The notes: generated by a model not told the origin, from the sequence alone. A stretch of 64,000 nucleotides of DNA from Thermodesulfobacteriota bacterium (GCA_029246845.1 JAQWMJ010000006.1:22221-86220), one strand, 5' to 3'; positions 20,513 through 31,125 are shown, numbered from the stretch's first letter. Translations and numbers: made by a program.

Positions 20513-21406
20513 ATGGATATAGAAAATAAAAATATTGTACTAGAAACTAACTTAAAAAATCAAAATCTTATCAATCGTGGTAAAGTCAGAGATTTATATG
20601 ATATGGGGGACTCACTGTTAATTGTATCAAGTGATAGAATATCTGCTTATGACTCAATTCTTCCAACTGGTATTTTAGGTAAAGGAGAAGTCCTTACAAA
20701 ACTATCGAAATTTTGGTTCTCTCTAACAGAAAATATAATTCCAAACCACTTTATAACTGACGACATTATCGAACAGTACCCTGGACTTAAAGAACATGAG
20801 TCAATACTTAAAGGTAGGTCTATGATAGTAAAAAAAGCTAAACCTTTAGCTGTTGAATGTATTGTTCGAGGTTACATTACTGGCTCTGGATGGTCAGAGT
20901 ATAAGAAGCAAGGAACTATTTGTGGGATTAAACTTAAAGAAGGATTAGTTGAATCAGAAAAGCTTGATACACCTATTTTTACTCCTTCTACAAAAGCTGA
21001 GCAGGGAGAGCATGATGAAAACATTGATTTTGAATCTTGCGTTGGAATAATAGGCCAGGAACTTGCAGAAAAAGTAAGAGATTTTTCTATAAAAATATAT
21101 TCCACTGCTCATGATTATGCTAAAGAAAAAGGAATCATTATTGCGGATACAAAATTCGAATTTGGTCTTGTAGGTGATGAACTTATATTAATTGACGAGG
21201 TACTGACACCAGACTCCTCTAGATTCTGGCCGAAAAATTTATATGGTGAGGGCCGAGGTCAACAAAGCTATGATAAGCAGTTTGTTAGGGACTACTTAAC
21301 TTCTGTGGGGTGGGATAAAAACCCACCAGCGCCTGAGCTTCCAAAGGATATTGCTTCGCTAACTTCTCAAAAATATATCGAAGCTATTGATCTGCTAACA
21401 GCTTAA
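20513..21406 (+). CDS. purC: phosphoribosylaminoimidazole-succinocarboxamide (SAICAR) synthase
   Basis: 297 aa; GKVRDLYD...LLIVSSDRISAYD motif. Confidence 0.88.
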   Translation: MDIENKNIVLETNLKNQNLINRGKVRDLYDMGDSLLIVSSDRISAYDSILPTGILGKGEVLTKLSKFWFSLTENIIPNHFITDDIIEQYPGLKEHESILKGRSMIVKKAKPLAVECIVRGYITGSGWSEYKKQGTICGIKLKEGLVESEKLDTPIFTPSTKAEQGEHDENIDFESCVGIIGQELAEKVRDFSIKIYSTAHDYAKEKGIIIADTKFEFGLVGDELILIDEVLTPDSSRFWPKNLYGEGRGQQSYDKQFVRDYLTSVGWDKNPPAPELPKDIASLTSQKYIEAIDLLTA

Positions 21407-22365
21407 TGGATCTATTTCTTTTTTTATTGACGGGTGCATCAATTGTGATGTTATATTTCGGTGCAGATTTTTTAATTTCAGGTGCTCTATCTACTGCTGC
21501 TAGATTAAAAATATCTGAAATGGTTGTCAGCATAACTCTTATAGCTTGGGCAACTTCTCTACCAGAATTATTTGTCTTGTCCAAGGCCATTAGTATTCCG
21601 AATGGATCTACTATTGCTTATGGGACGATTATTGGTAGTAACTTTTCAAATCTATGCTTAGTCTTAGGCCTTTCAATATTTATAAAATTTAAACTAAAGT
21701 TTTCTTTTAATTTTTTTGCATTTAAGAACTTTATACCAATAAGTATTTTTTCAACTCTAGTTTTTTGCTTATATGGATTAAATCATTTCGACGATTTGGT
21801 AATTAAAAAACTACTTTCTGTGCTGATGATTGTTGCAATAATTCTATATGTCTTAAGATCTAACAAAGAGACTAACAATTATTTAGAACAAGAAAGAAAG
21901 GTTTTTTCAAAAAAGAGAGCTTCCATATATGTATTCATAGGGGTATGTCTTTTGTTTGCGGGTTCTGAATTCCTTGTAATGGTTGGAATGAAGCTCCAGG
22001 ATTTGGGGTTTGCTCCTTCAATTATAGGTTCGATATACTTTGCTTTGGCTTCATCTTCTCCAGAAATATTCACTTCCTTATTGGCTATGGTTAAATATAA
22101 AAAACATGATGTCGTAATTGGTAACGTTTTAGGGAGCAATTTAGCAAATATATGCATCTTTGGAATTGTAGCCTTAATATTTGGTACTGAATCCATTAAT
22201 CTAGAATCCAAGGCTTTATATCTGTTAGCATCTACAGAGATAGCTATTTTTGGAATATTTATTATTTATTATTTGAAAAGTAACAAAGAAAAAATAATAC
22301 ATGTTCATTATATTGTTGGATTTTTATTATTTTCTGTTTACTATTTATTCTATAAATTCCTATGA
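21406..22365 (+). CDS. Ca2+/Na+ (CaCA family, YrbG-like) antiporter
   Basis: 319 aa, ~10 TM, two alpha-repeat motifs (GSSLPELF-like ...TSLPELFV, GNVLGSNLANI). Confidence 0.75.
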   Translation: MDLFLFLLTGASIVMLYFGADFLISGALSTAARLKISEMVVSITLIAWATSLPELFVLSKAISIPNGSTIAYGTIIGSNFSNLCLVLGLSIFIKFKLKFSFNFFAFKNFIPISIFSTLVFCLYGLNHFDDLVIKKLLSVLMIVAIILYVLRSNKETNNYLEQERKVFSKKRASIYVFIGVCLLFAGSEFLVMVGMKLQDLGFAPSIIGSIYFALASSSPEIFTSLLAMVKYKKHDVVIGNVLGSNLANICIFGIVALIFGTESINLESKALYLLASTEIAIFGIFIIYYLKSNKEKIIHVHYIVGFLLFSVYYLFYKFL

Positions 22366-23318
22366 GCCTTGTATTAGATTCTATAACTGAAGATAAGCTT
22401 ACTTTTGATAATGGAAATTGGTTTAAAATTTTAAACGGCACCAATCAATCTAATATCTTAGTAATTGAAAAACTACTGGATATTAAAATACATTCAAAAG
22501 GTAATGAATTAATTTTAAATGGTCCCTCTAAGGAGGTTACTTTAGGTAAAGAATTAATTCAGAATTTTTATAAAATAATCTCAAAGGGCTACTTTCCATC
22601 AGAAAATGATTTCAAGTCGGGCTTGAAGATTCTTAGTCAAAGAACTCATACTATTGAGGATATTTTCTTAGATACTATTTGTGTAACAACGGATCGTAAA
22701 ACTATAGCTCCCAAAAGTATTAATCAGAAATTATATATAGATTCAATAAAGAAAAATGATATTGTTTTTGGGATAGGCCCGGCAGGTACAGGAAAAACTT
22801 ACCTAGCAGTCGCCACTGCAGTTGCATCCTTAAATATGAAGAAGGTAAAAAAAATAATCCTCACAAGACCTGCAGTTGAAGCAGGAGAAAAACTTGGCTT
22901 TTTACCTGGAGATCTTAATGAAAAAGTTGACCCTTATCTTAAGCCACTATTTGATGCTCTCAACGATATGCTGGACTTTGATACAGTATCAAGATTGATT
23001 GATAAACAAACTATTGAGATAGCTCCTATTGCCTTCATGAGAGGAAGAACTTTAAATGATGCATTTATAATTTTAGACGAGGCTCAAAACACTACCTCCT
23101 CTCAAATGAAGATGTTTCTGACACGTATTGGATTCAACTCTAAATGTGTGGTTACCGGAGATGTAACGCAAATTGATCTTGATAAAGGTTCTAAATCTGG
23201 ACTAATTGAGGCTCAATCAATTTTGAAGGATATTGATGAAATAGAATTTTGCTCTTTTGACGAAAATGATGTGGTACGCCATAGGCTAGTAAAGAAAATT
23301 ATTGAAGCTTATAAGTAA
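22362..23318 (+). CDS. phoH: PhoH-like ATPase
   Basis: 318 aa; Walker A GPAGTGKTYLAVA; PhoH C-terminal region DEAQNT. Confidence 0.85.
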   Translation: MSLVLDSITEDKLTFDNGNWFKILNGTNQSNILVIEKLLDIKIHSKGNELILNGPSKEVTLGKELIQNFYKIISKGYFPSENDFKSGLKILSQRTHTIEDIFLDTICVTTDRKTIAPKSINQKLYIDSIKKNDIVFGIGPAGTGKTYLAVATAVASLNMKKVKKIILTRPAVEAGEKLGFLPGDLNEKVDPYLKPLFDALNDMLDFDTVSRLIDKQTIEIAPIAFMRGRTLNDAFIILDEAQNTTSSQMKMFLTRIGFNSKCVVTGDVTQIDLDKGSKSGLIEAQSILKDIDEIEFCSFDENDVVRHRLVKKIIEAYK

Positions 23319-24589
23319 ATAATTTCATCCCTTTCTGGTCCTATGGAAATCATCGTAACCTTAACCCCAAGAAAAGATTCAATAAATTTAATGAGGGATT
23401 TTAAACTTTTGGGAACTTTGTTTTTAGACAATTCATCCATAGACCAAGAAGGAAATTCTTTATAAATAGGCTTTACCTTAGCAAGATCTTCTAGTCTTAA
23501 TGGATATGAAGATAGTTTTTTATTTTCTAATTTATATCCAGTACAAACTCTAATCTTCTTAAAAATTGACAATATATCAACTTTTGTTAGAACTAATGAA
23601 TTTATACCGGAAACTGTAACAGCATATTTTAGAGCTACAAGGTCTAACCATCCACACCTTCTAGGTCTTCCCGTTGTTGCCCCATACTCTGTACCAAACT
23701 CTCTAAGGGTTAGGCCTTGGTCGTCAAACATCTCTGTTGGGAATGGGCCGTGTCCAACCCTAGTAGTATAGGCTTTAGATATGCCAGTTACATCTCCAAG
23801 CTTTGAGTATGAAACACCGGAACCAGCCGAAGCATTAGAAGAAATAGTTGAAGAGGAAGTAACATAGGGATATGTGCCAAAATCTAGATCAAGCATTACT
23901 CCTTGAGCACCTTCAAACAGGACTCTCTTATCTTTAGCTATACTTTCATTTAGAAATTTCCCCGTATCTGCAACAAACTCCTTAAGATATAGATAATTTT
24001 TATACAATTCTTCCACTATCAGCTTGTTGCTCAATCCTTTTTTATTAAATATTTTAGTAATAATCTTATTTTTTTCTTTTAATATATTATTAATTTTTTC
24101 ATTTAAAAGCTTCTTATCTTCCAAATCAATAACTCTGATTCCCTGCCTTGAGACTTTGTCTTCATAGGCTGGCCCGATTCCTCTACCTGTAGTTCCTATT
24201 GCATTATTACCCTTCATCAATTCTCTTTCTTGGTCAATTATTTTATGATAAGGTGCAATGATATGAGCTAAGGAGCTTAATTTTAAGTTTCTACCCGTAA
24301 CATTAAAGCCACTTCTTCTGAGTCCTTTTATTTCTTTCACAAGAGTAGCTAAATCAATAACAGTTCCGTTGCAGATTACAGAAACTTTTCCTTTTCTTAA
24401 TACTCCTGATGGAATATGGTGTAGTACAATTTTTTTATTTTTAATAATAATTGTGTGTCCAGCATTACTTCCACCCTGAAAACGAGAGATGATATCATAG
24501 TTCTCAGAAACTAGATCTACTATCCTACCCTTTCCTTCATCGCCCCATTGAGCCCCTACAAAAACTGAATTTTTTATTTTCTTAGTCAA
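23309..24589 (-). CDS. purA: adenylosuccinate synthetase (start reassigned to the TTG at 24587-24589; the track ORF extends to 24637)
   Basis: GAQWGDEGKGRIVD P-loop ~10 aa after the proposed TTG start; GHTI, GTTGRGIGPAYEDK, GATTGRPRRCGWLD motifs; the proposed start lies 1 nt after the hisZ stop. Confidence 0.85.
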   Translation of the reverse strand: MTKKIKNSVFVGAQWGDEGKGRIVDLVSENYDIISRFQGGSNAGHTIIIKNKKIVLHHIPSGVLRKGKVSVICNGTVIDLATLVKEIKGLRRSGFNVTGRNLKLSSLAHIIAPYHKIIDQERELMKGNNAIGTTGRGIGPAYEDKVSRQGIRVIDLEDKKLLNEKINNILKEKNKIITKIFNKKGLSNKLIVEELYKNYLYLKEFVADTGKFLNESIAKDKRVLFEGAQGVMLDLDFGTYPYVTSSSTISSNASAGSGVSYSKLGDVTGISKAYTTRVGHGPFPTEMFDDQGLTLREFGTEYGATTGRPRRCGWLDLVALKYAVTVSGINSLVLTKVDILSIFKKIRVCTGYKLENKKLSSYPLRLEDLAKVKPIYKEFPSWSMDELSKNKVPKSLKSLIKFIESFLGVKVTMISIGPERDEIIYL

Positions 24590-24590
24590 A

Positions 24591-25802
24591 TTAAAAATCC
24601 TCTTTTTGCAAATCAGAAAAACTTTTAAAAGAAGCAATCTTCTTATTCTTGCTGTCGTACAAAGTTAAACTTCTGTTTTTTGAAATCATAATCTTTAAAT
24701 CAAAATTGTCTTTGTAAGTATTCTTCTTGTTTGATAAAACCCCAACGAATCCTTGTGAAGTAAAAAAGTCTTTTATCTCTATAGATAGTGAAAAAGTATT
24801 AATATGGGTTGAGTCTATGACTACAATAGGTGAACCCAGCTGATTTGCATTTACCGTTTTAACTAATGGTAGAATATTAACACCTAGACCAACTGCGGGA
24901 AATGCATTTCCATACTTTCCTATCAGTTGATCATAGCGACCACCTGATAAAACAATCTCGGATATTTCAGGAACTGCAATATCAAAAGTCATACCAGAAT
25001 AATAATCAAAATTTTTGACATCAAGAAAGTCTACTCTTAAGTCTACCGATGGATAAGTGGCTGAAACTGTTTCCGCTATTAAGTTTATCCTCGTTACACT
25101 TTCTTTAACTTTTAAAGGTAAATCTTTTACGGATACAATCTTATTTTGAATTAATGGTTTTAAATATTTTCTTATGAAACTCTTTTGCTTACTGTTTAAC
25201 CTTTTATCTGAACTAAAATTTGCAATCGATTGATAATCTTTTTTGTGGAAAAGCAACTTGATATCTTCTTTTATAGGCTCTAAATTTTCAAAAATAAAAT
25301 TTAACAAAAGGGATGAATTCAAAGTTGCAACTTGATCAATAAAACCTAACTTCTTTAGAATTGAAACTCCTAAACAAATTATTTCTAAATCCGACTCTAA
25401 TGAGTTGGACCCAATAAGCTCACATCCTACTTGAAAAACCTCTCTTTTTGTTCCGGTTTCCTTATAATTATTTCTAACTACTCTTTCATTGTAAGTTAGC
25501 CTAAGAGGCATTTTTTCAGTTTTATAATTACTTGAAACATATCTTGCTATCTGTGGAGTGATATCAGACCTAAGGCCTAAGACATCTCCATTTAAGGGAT
25601 CAATGAATTTAATTGTCTTATTAATTGTTTCTTCTTTTAATCCAACATTTAAAGAATTAATGTTTTCAAAAATGGGGGTTATGATTTTCTTAAATCCCCA
25701 CAATTCAGATTCCTCTAATATAACTGAGGAAATAAAATCAATTTTTTTTACATCTTTAGTCGTATATTCTTTAATTCCTAATGGCAATGAAAAAATATTC
25801 AT
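24591..25802 (-). CDS. hisZ: ATP phosphoribosyltransferase regulatory subunit HisZ (HisRS paralog); a true HisRS is not fully excluded
   Basis: Class II HisRS-like core with GGRYD, but the motif-3 tail reads GLGVNILPL (no ...G.ERL), as expected for HisZ; 403 aa; lies immediately upstream of purA as in many proteobacteria. Confidence 0.6.
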   Translation of the reverse strand: MNIFSLPLGIKEYTTKDVKKIDFISSVILEESELWGFKKIITPIFENINSLNVGLKEETINKTIKFIDPLNGDVLGLRSDITPQIARYVSSNYKTEKMPLRLTYNERVVRNNYKETGTKREVFQVGCELIGSNSLESDLEIICLGVSILKKLGFIDQVATLNSSLLLNFIFENLEPIKEDIKLLFHKKDYQSIANFSSDKRLNSKQKSFIRKYLKPLIQNKIVSVKDLPLKVKESVTRINLIAETVSATYPSVDLRVDFLDVKNFDYYSGMTFDIAVPEISEIVLSGGRYDQLIGKYGNAFPAVGLGVNILPLVKTVNANQLGSPIVVIDSTHINTFSLSIEIKDFFTSQGFVGVLSNKKNTYKDNFDLKIMISKNRSLTLYDSKNKKIASFKSFSDLQKEDF

Positions 25803-27403
25803 TATCCAAAAATTACCTGATCTATGCTTTTAACTTCAGATAAGTTAGCAATATCCTCTAAAGTTTCTTCCGAAACAGGAGAGTCTACTGATATGAAAGC
25901 TAAAGCATGGTCTTCTTTCTCTGAATTTTCTTGCCTACTCAAATATAGCCTAGCTATGTTTATATTCTTTTCTCCGAGTGCAGCCCCAAGTAGGCCAACA
26001 ACACCAGGTTTATCATAATTTTGTATCATTAAAATATTCCCTTCTGGAATTAAATCTATAGAATGTTTATTTAATTTTGTAAACCTAGCTTCTTTCATCC
26101 CGAACAATGATCCTGAAATTGATAGCTTCTCAGTATCTGTTTTAATTATAACGGATACAAGGCTTGAAAACTCATCTTCTGTTGAAACTTTAACTTCTGT
26201 AAGCTTTATACCTCTTTCCTCAGCAATCAACGGAGCATTTACATAGGTAACCGGCGCACTCATTATGGGTGACAGGTAGCCCTTCAAGGCAGTAATTGTA
26301 AGAGGGGCGACATTGGTTTCTGCAACATTACCGCTATATTCTACAATTATCTCTTTAACTCCGGATTTACATGTCTGACCCATAAAATTTCCAAGTTTTT
26401 CACATAAGTTAAGATATGGACTAATTTCATTTAGAACTTCATTACTCATTGAAGGCATGTTTACAGCATTTGAAACAACTCCATCATTTGCAAATTCAAT
26501 AACTTGCTCTGCCATCGCAATGCCTACTTTCATTTGAGCTTCTTGTGTTGAAGCACCTAAATGTGGAGTAAGGACAACATTATCCTCTAATTTAAAAACA
26601 GGTGACCTGAAATCTGGTGGCTCAGGATTAAATACATCTAAAGCTAGTCCACCCACTTTCCCAGAGGATATTGCCTCTGAAATATCATCTTCACTAACAA
26701 TCCCGCCTCTCGCACAGTTGATAACAAATACACCATCTTTCATCATCTGGATTGATCCTTTTGAAATAAGATTCTTCGTAGTTGAAGTTAATGGCGTATG
26801 AACCGAGATAACATCGGACATCTTAAACACCTCGTCCATGTCAACCAATTCAACTGGCATGTTTAAGTTTGTACCTTTCAATATATAAGGATCGTGAGCA
26901 ATAACTTTCATCCTAAGGCCTATAGCTCTTTCAGCAACTAATCTTCCAATGTTTCCCATGCCGATTAATCCTAAAGTCTTACCAAACAACTCAGTACCCT
27001 GAAACTTAGAACGTTCCCACTTTAAAGATTTCATGGAACTATGAGCTTGAGGTGTCTTTCGGGCCAATGAGAACAATAGTGCAATTGTATGCTCAGCAGT
27101 TGTTATAGCATTTGCAGATGGAGTATTCATTACTATGATACCTTTCTTAGATGCAGCTTTTATATCAACATTATCAACCCCAATTCCCGCTCTACCAATT
27201 AATTTAAAACCTTCCCCTAGGAGATCTATAATTTCGGCATCTATACTCGTAGCACTCCTTATTATTACAGCCTCGTAATTATTAATTATTTTTTTTAGCT
27301 CTTCTCTGTCAATCTTCTTTCTAACATCTAAATCTATATTTTTATGACTCTCAAATAATGAAAGTCCTTCTTTTGACAAGCCGTCAGTTATTAATATCTT
27401 CAA
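25802..27403 (-). CDS. serA: D-3-phosphoglycerate dehydrogenase (with ASB and ACT domains)
   Basis: 533 aa; NAD-binding GLIGMGNIGRLVA; 2-hydroxyacid dehydrogenase catalytic region; C-terminal ACT-like region. Confidence 0.85.
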   Translation of the reverse strand: MKILITDGLSKEGLSLFESHKNIDLDVRKKIDREELKKIINNYEAVIIRSATSIDAEIIDLLGEGFKLIGRAGIGVDNVDIKAASKKGIIVMNTPSANAITTAEHTIALLFSLARKTPQAHSSMKSLKWERSKFQGTELFGKTLGLIGMGNIGRLVAERAIGLRMKVIAHDPYILKGTNLNMPVELVDMDEVFKMSDVISVHTPLTSTTKNLISKGSIQMMKDGVFVINCARGGIVSEDDISEAISSGKVGGLALDVFNPEPPDFRSPVFKLEDNVVLTPHLGASTQEAQMKVGIAMAEQVIEFANDGVVSNAVNMPSMSNEVLNEISPYLNLCEKLGNFMGQTCKSGVKEIIVEYSGNVAETNVAPLTITALKGYLSPIMSAPVTYVNAPLIAEERGIKLTEVKVSTEDEFSSLVSVIIKTDTEKLSISGSLFGMKEARFTKLNKHSIDLIPEGNILMIQNYDKPGVVGLLGAALGEKNINIARLYLSRQENSEKEDHALAFISVDSPVSEETLEDIANLSEVKSIDQVIFG

Positions 27404-27507
27404 TATATTCCTCCGAAGTTACAAAAGAAAAATATATTTTAGCATTCAAACAATGTCAATCAAAAGGATTAATTGTAAAAGGAAATAGCTGGGTATAAAA
27501 TTTAACA

Positions 27508-28236
27508 ATGGAGTCACAAGGGAAAATGACATTCCTGGAACATTTTGGGATTTTGCGTGCAAGCTTAATAAAAATACTTTTAGTGATGGTTATATTGTTT
27601 ATACCTGCATTTTATTATAGGGAGCTTTTAATGGAGCTTGCGTTGATACCAATCACTGATTCATTACCCATAAACTCAAAGATTATATTCACTAAACCGG
27701 CGGAGGGATTATCATCAAATGTGAGAATATCTTTTTTGACTAGTTTTATATTAACTTTTCCATTAATCATTTATGAGATATGGGCATTTATTAAACCAGC
27801 ACTATATAAAAATGAGAGAAAATCCTCGGCTATTGTAATAGTAATTGGAACCTTACTTTTTTTTATTGGAGCATTCCTTTGCTATAAATTTGTCGCACCT
27901 GTAACTTTTAATATTCTCATAAATGAATATTCATCTGATTCTATAACAGCCCTACCTAATGTTAGCGATACACTAGGATTTTTGTCCTCGATAATTCTTA
28001 GTTTTGGAATAATCTTCGAATATCCTTTAATAATTTATATTCTCTCCAAATTTGGTATGACTTCTAGTAAATTTTTGGCTTCAAAAAGGAAATATTCCAT
28101 TCTCATTTCAACTGTAATTTCAGCGGTACTAACTCCAACAACTGATGTATTTTCAATGCTTTTCATGCTTGTACCCTTGGTATTATTTTATGAGATAGGA
28201 ATATTAGTTTCCTATCTTACTTATAAAGAGCGTTGA
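27508..28236 (+). CDS. tatC: Sec-independent (Tat) protein translocase subunit TatC
   Basis: 242 aa, 6 TM; N-terminal ...FLEHFGILRASLIK (H..ELR motif); the true start may be the Met at 27526. Confidence 0.82.
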   Translation: MESQGKMTFLEHFGILRASLIKILLVMVILFIPAFYYRELLMELALIPITDSLPINSKIIFTKPAEGLSSNVRISFLTSFILTFPLIIYEIWAFIKPALYKNERKSSAIVIVIGTLLFFIGAFLCYKFVAPVTFNILINEYSSDSITALPNVSDTLGFLSSIILSFGIIFEYPLIIYILSKFGMTSSKFLASKRKYSILISTVISAVLTPTTDVFSMLFMLVPLVLFYEIGILVSYLTYKER

Positions 28237-28285
28237 TAAAAATCTTAATAATTGTAACCTTAACTAATTATTTTGGAGGTTTTAA

Positions 28286-29428
28286 ATGGATTTAGTTTCA
28301 TCAAAATATATCGAAGAATTTATACCTGGAGAAAAACTGTATCATGGAGCAATCCAAGTTACCCCATTTAGAAACAAAGAATACATAAAAAAATTTAGTA
28401 AGAATTATGCACTAGGAATAGACTCGAAGCTGGCGGGATCACTAGGCTACATAGATCCTAATATAGAAATTAAAAAACAGAACTTTGGAATTGAATCCCC
28501 ATCTATGGTCAGTCAAGGGTATCTATTTAATGTTGGCTTTGGATTAAGTGTTCATGATATATCGTTTAACGCTATTGCGAATCTTTCATATAAAAATTTA
28601 AGATATGGTGTTCCGGCATATGAAGGTGATATCTTATTTGCAACATCAGAAGTATTAGGAATTGAAGTTAAAAAAGATGGTGCTTCAAATGGTTCTGTCC
28701 AAGTTCGAACAACGATTACAAATCAAGATAACAAAGTTGTCCTTGAATACGTAAGGCAAGTCTTAGTAAGGGCAACTAAAGGAACAACTCTAGATGCACA
28801 GTCAAGCATACAAGATCAGCCTGAGAGGATTGGGCTAACGGAGTCAATGATGCCATTAAAGTTTCACAACTTACCTAATAAGTTCAACGGAAAAGAGGTT
28901 AAGTCTTTTGAAGATTTTAAAATAGATCAAGTTTATGAGGGAGATTTTGCGAAATCTATAAATCTAGTGGATTTTAGTTGGCTTCAAATTTCTACTCTCA
29001 ACGATGCAAGCGTGCATCATACTCCTAAATCAAACTTTATAGGATATGGGGGCGCTATTAAATCTACGGTAGAGGGTGAGATTAGCTCCCATCTTCCATA
29101 CGCATACTTTTTAGGAATGAATTCAGGCTCACATGATGCCCCAACTTATCCAAGCGACATAATTCAATCAATGTTTGATTCAACGAATGAAGACGATGAA
29201 AAAATTCTGGGTTCGTTTAAAGTAATAAATAAGGATGCAATTCAGAATAGAGAAGACTTTGGAATCCTGACAATCCAACTTTGCGGAGATAAAATTGTAA
29301 CTGAAGCAGGATTAAAAGCTTATAAGAAAACGGGGTTTAAAGGTGTAGCCAATATTATGGACAATAAGATAAGGGTTTTAACTATGGAAATGATTGTTGC
29401 AGTTCCAACAAGGATGGCAATTGTTTGA
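28286..29428 (+). CDS. two-domain hotdog-fold (MaoC dehydratase-like) protein
   Basis: 380 aa; two ~150-aa halves, each with a central-helix hotdog pattern (GYLFNVGFGLSVHD...VQVRTTITNQDNKVVLEY); GGAGG RBS; 4-nt overlap with the downstream acyl-CoA ligase. Confidence 0.4.
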   Translation: MDLVSSKYIEEFIPGEKLYHGAIQVTPFRNKEYIKKFSKNYALGIDSKLAGSLGYIDPNIEIKKQNFGIESPSMVSQGYLFNVGFGLSVHDISFNAIANLSYKNLRYGVPAYEGDILFATSEVLGIEVKKDGASNGSVQVRTTITNQDNKVVLEYVRQVLVRATKGTTLDAQSSIQDQPERIGLTESMMPLKFHNLPNKFNGKEVKSFEDFKIDQVYEGDFAKSINLVDFSWLQISTLNDASVHHTPKSNFIGYGGAIKSTVEGEISSHLPYAYFLGMNSGSHDAPTYPSDIIQSMFDSTNEDDEKILGSFKVINKDAIQNREDFGILTIQLCGDKIVTEAGLKAYKKTGFKGVANIMDNKIRVLTMEMIVAVPTRMAIV

Positions 29429-31122
29429 TGTCTAAAAAGAAATTTCCAATTAAAGATTTGAATTACCCTACTACATATAAATGGAAGAATAAATTTGATT
29501 ATGATTGGAATACGAAAAGTGACCAAAGAAACTGGACTCTTCCAAAAGTTCTTATAAATCAAGCCAATACGAATCCAAATAAAGATTTTTTACAATTTAG
29601 CTATGACAAGCCTCTTACATTTTCTGAAGTTAATATTCAGGCTAACAAAATTGCGAACTCTTTAAATACATTAGGGATAAATAAAACAGATAAAGTTTCT
29701 GTTTACATGCCTAATTCTCTTGAGATATGTCTAGCTTGGTTTGGAATTTTAAAAAATGGATCAGTTATGGTTCCAATTAACACCGCATATGTGATGGATT
29801 TCCTTCAATATATAATCGAAAGCTCGGACTCTAAAATCATAATAATCGCAGAAGAGTATCTTGAGCGCTTAGCCAACATAGAAGATAGGGTTCCAAATAT
29901 AGAGAAAGTGATTGTATGGACTAGAAGTGGCGAGAACAGCTTTAACAAATACGGTTATAGTAAAACCGAGTGTATATCTTGGAATGAATTTGTATCTAAT
30001 GGCTCTGATAAAGAGCCTAAAGTTGAAATAACTCATATGGATCATGCCAGGCTCATGTATACCTCTGGTACTACGGGGAAATCTAAAGGTGTTGTTAGAC
30101 CGTGCGCAGCAGATTATTCATCTGCGCAAAACTACTCTTCCATTATGGATCTTGTAGAAAGTGATACGGTTTTCACTTGTTTGCCTCTTTTTCATTCTAA
30201 TGCAATGGTAATGGGTGTGTATCCAGCAATGATCAGCGGCTGTAAAGTTGTAGTTGAGGAAAAATATTCTGCTAGTAAATTTTGGAAATGGATGAAAGAT
30301 TTTGGAATTACAAAATTTAATCTTGTTGGAGTAATGTCTTATTTTATGTGGAACGCCCCCATAGTTCCTGAAGAGAAAGACCATAATGTTGAATTAGTTT
30401 TAGGTAGCCCAGCGCCTCATGATATTATTGAAGAATTTATGGAAAGATTTAACATACTTTTTACCGAAGGATACGGTCTAACAGAAGTAGGGCAATGTAC
30501 TTTTACAAGGCCAAATGAACCTTTTAGGGTTGGTTCTTGTGGAAAAGAATCCCCAGGCTACGAAATAAAGATTGTTGACCCTGACACTGATGAAGAACTT
30601 GAAAGAGATACTCCTGGGGAGCTTGTTCTAAGACCTAGGATTCCAAATATTTGTTTACACTATTATTACAAAATGCCCGAAAAGACTGTTTCAGATTTTA
30701 GAAATCTATGGTTCCACACTGGAGACTTATGTAGGATGGACAAGGATGGTTACATCTTCTTTATGGATAGGGTTAAAGACTATATAAGAAGACGGGGTGA
30801 AAACATTAGCTCCTTTGAAGTAGAAAATCTAATATCTTCCCATCCAAGCATCGAAGAGTCTGCAGCTATAGCAGTTAAGCTAGACGAACAAGGGCGTCAC
30901 TCTGAAGATGAACTGATGATAGTTATCGTTTTAAAAGAACATATGCAGCTTGATCCCACCGAACTAATAGAATTTTTAAAGCCTATAATGCCAAAATTTA
31001 TGATTCCAAGATTTGTAAGATTCCGAGATTCTTTACCAAAGACGCCTACTAATAGGGTTCAAAAGGTTAAACTAAGAGAAGAAGGAATCACCAAAGATAC
31101 TTGGGATTCCCTCAAAAAATAA
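29428..31122 (+). CDS. AMP-dependent synthetase/ligase (acyl-CoA synthetase family)
   Basis: YTSGTTGKSKGV AMP-binding motif, GYGLTE, HTGD..., 565 aa; the track start at 29425 is TTG, so ATG 29428 is used here. Confidence 0.85.
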   Translation: MSKKKFPIKDLNYPTTYKWKNKFDYDWNTKSDQRNWTLPKVLINQANTNPNKDFLQFSYDKPLTFSEVNIQANKIANSLNTLGINKTDKVSVYMPNSLEICLAWFGILKNGSVMVPINTAYVMDFLQYIIESSDSKIIIIAEEYLERLANIEDRVPNIEKVIVWTRSGENSFNKYGYSKTECISWNEFVSNGSDKEPKVEITHMDHARLMYTSGTTGKSKGVVRPCAADYSSAQNYSSIMDLVESDTVFTCLPLFHSNAMVMGVYPAMISGCKVVVEEKYSASKFWKWMKDFGITKFNLVGVMSYFMWNAPIVPEEKDHNVELVLGSPAPHDIIEEFMERFNILFTEGYGLTEVGQCTFTRPNEPFRVGSCGKESPGYEIKIVDPDTDEELERDTPGELVLRPRIPNICLHYYYKMPEKTVSDFRNLWFHTGDLCRMDKDGYIFFMDRVKDYIRRRGENISSFEVENLISSHPSIEESAAIAVKLDEQGRHSEDELMIVIVLKEHMQLDPTELIEFLKPIMPKFMIPRFVRFRDSLPKTPTNRVQKVKLREEGITKDTWDSLKK

Positions 31123-31125
31123 ACT

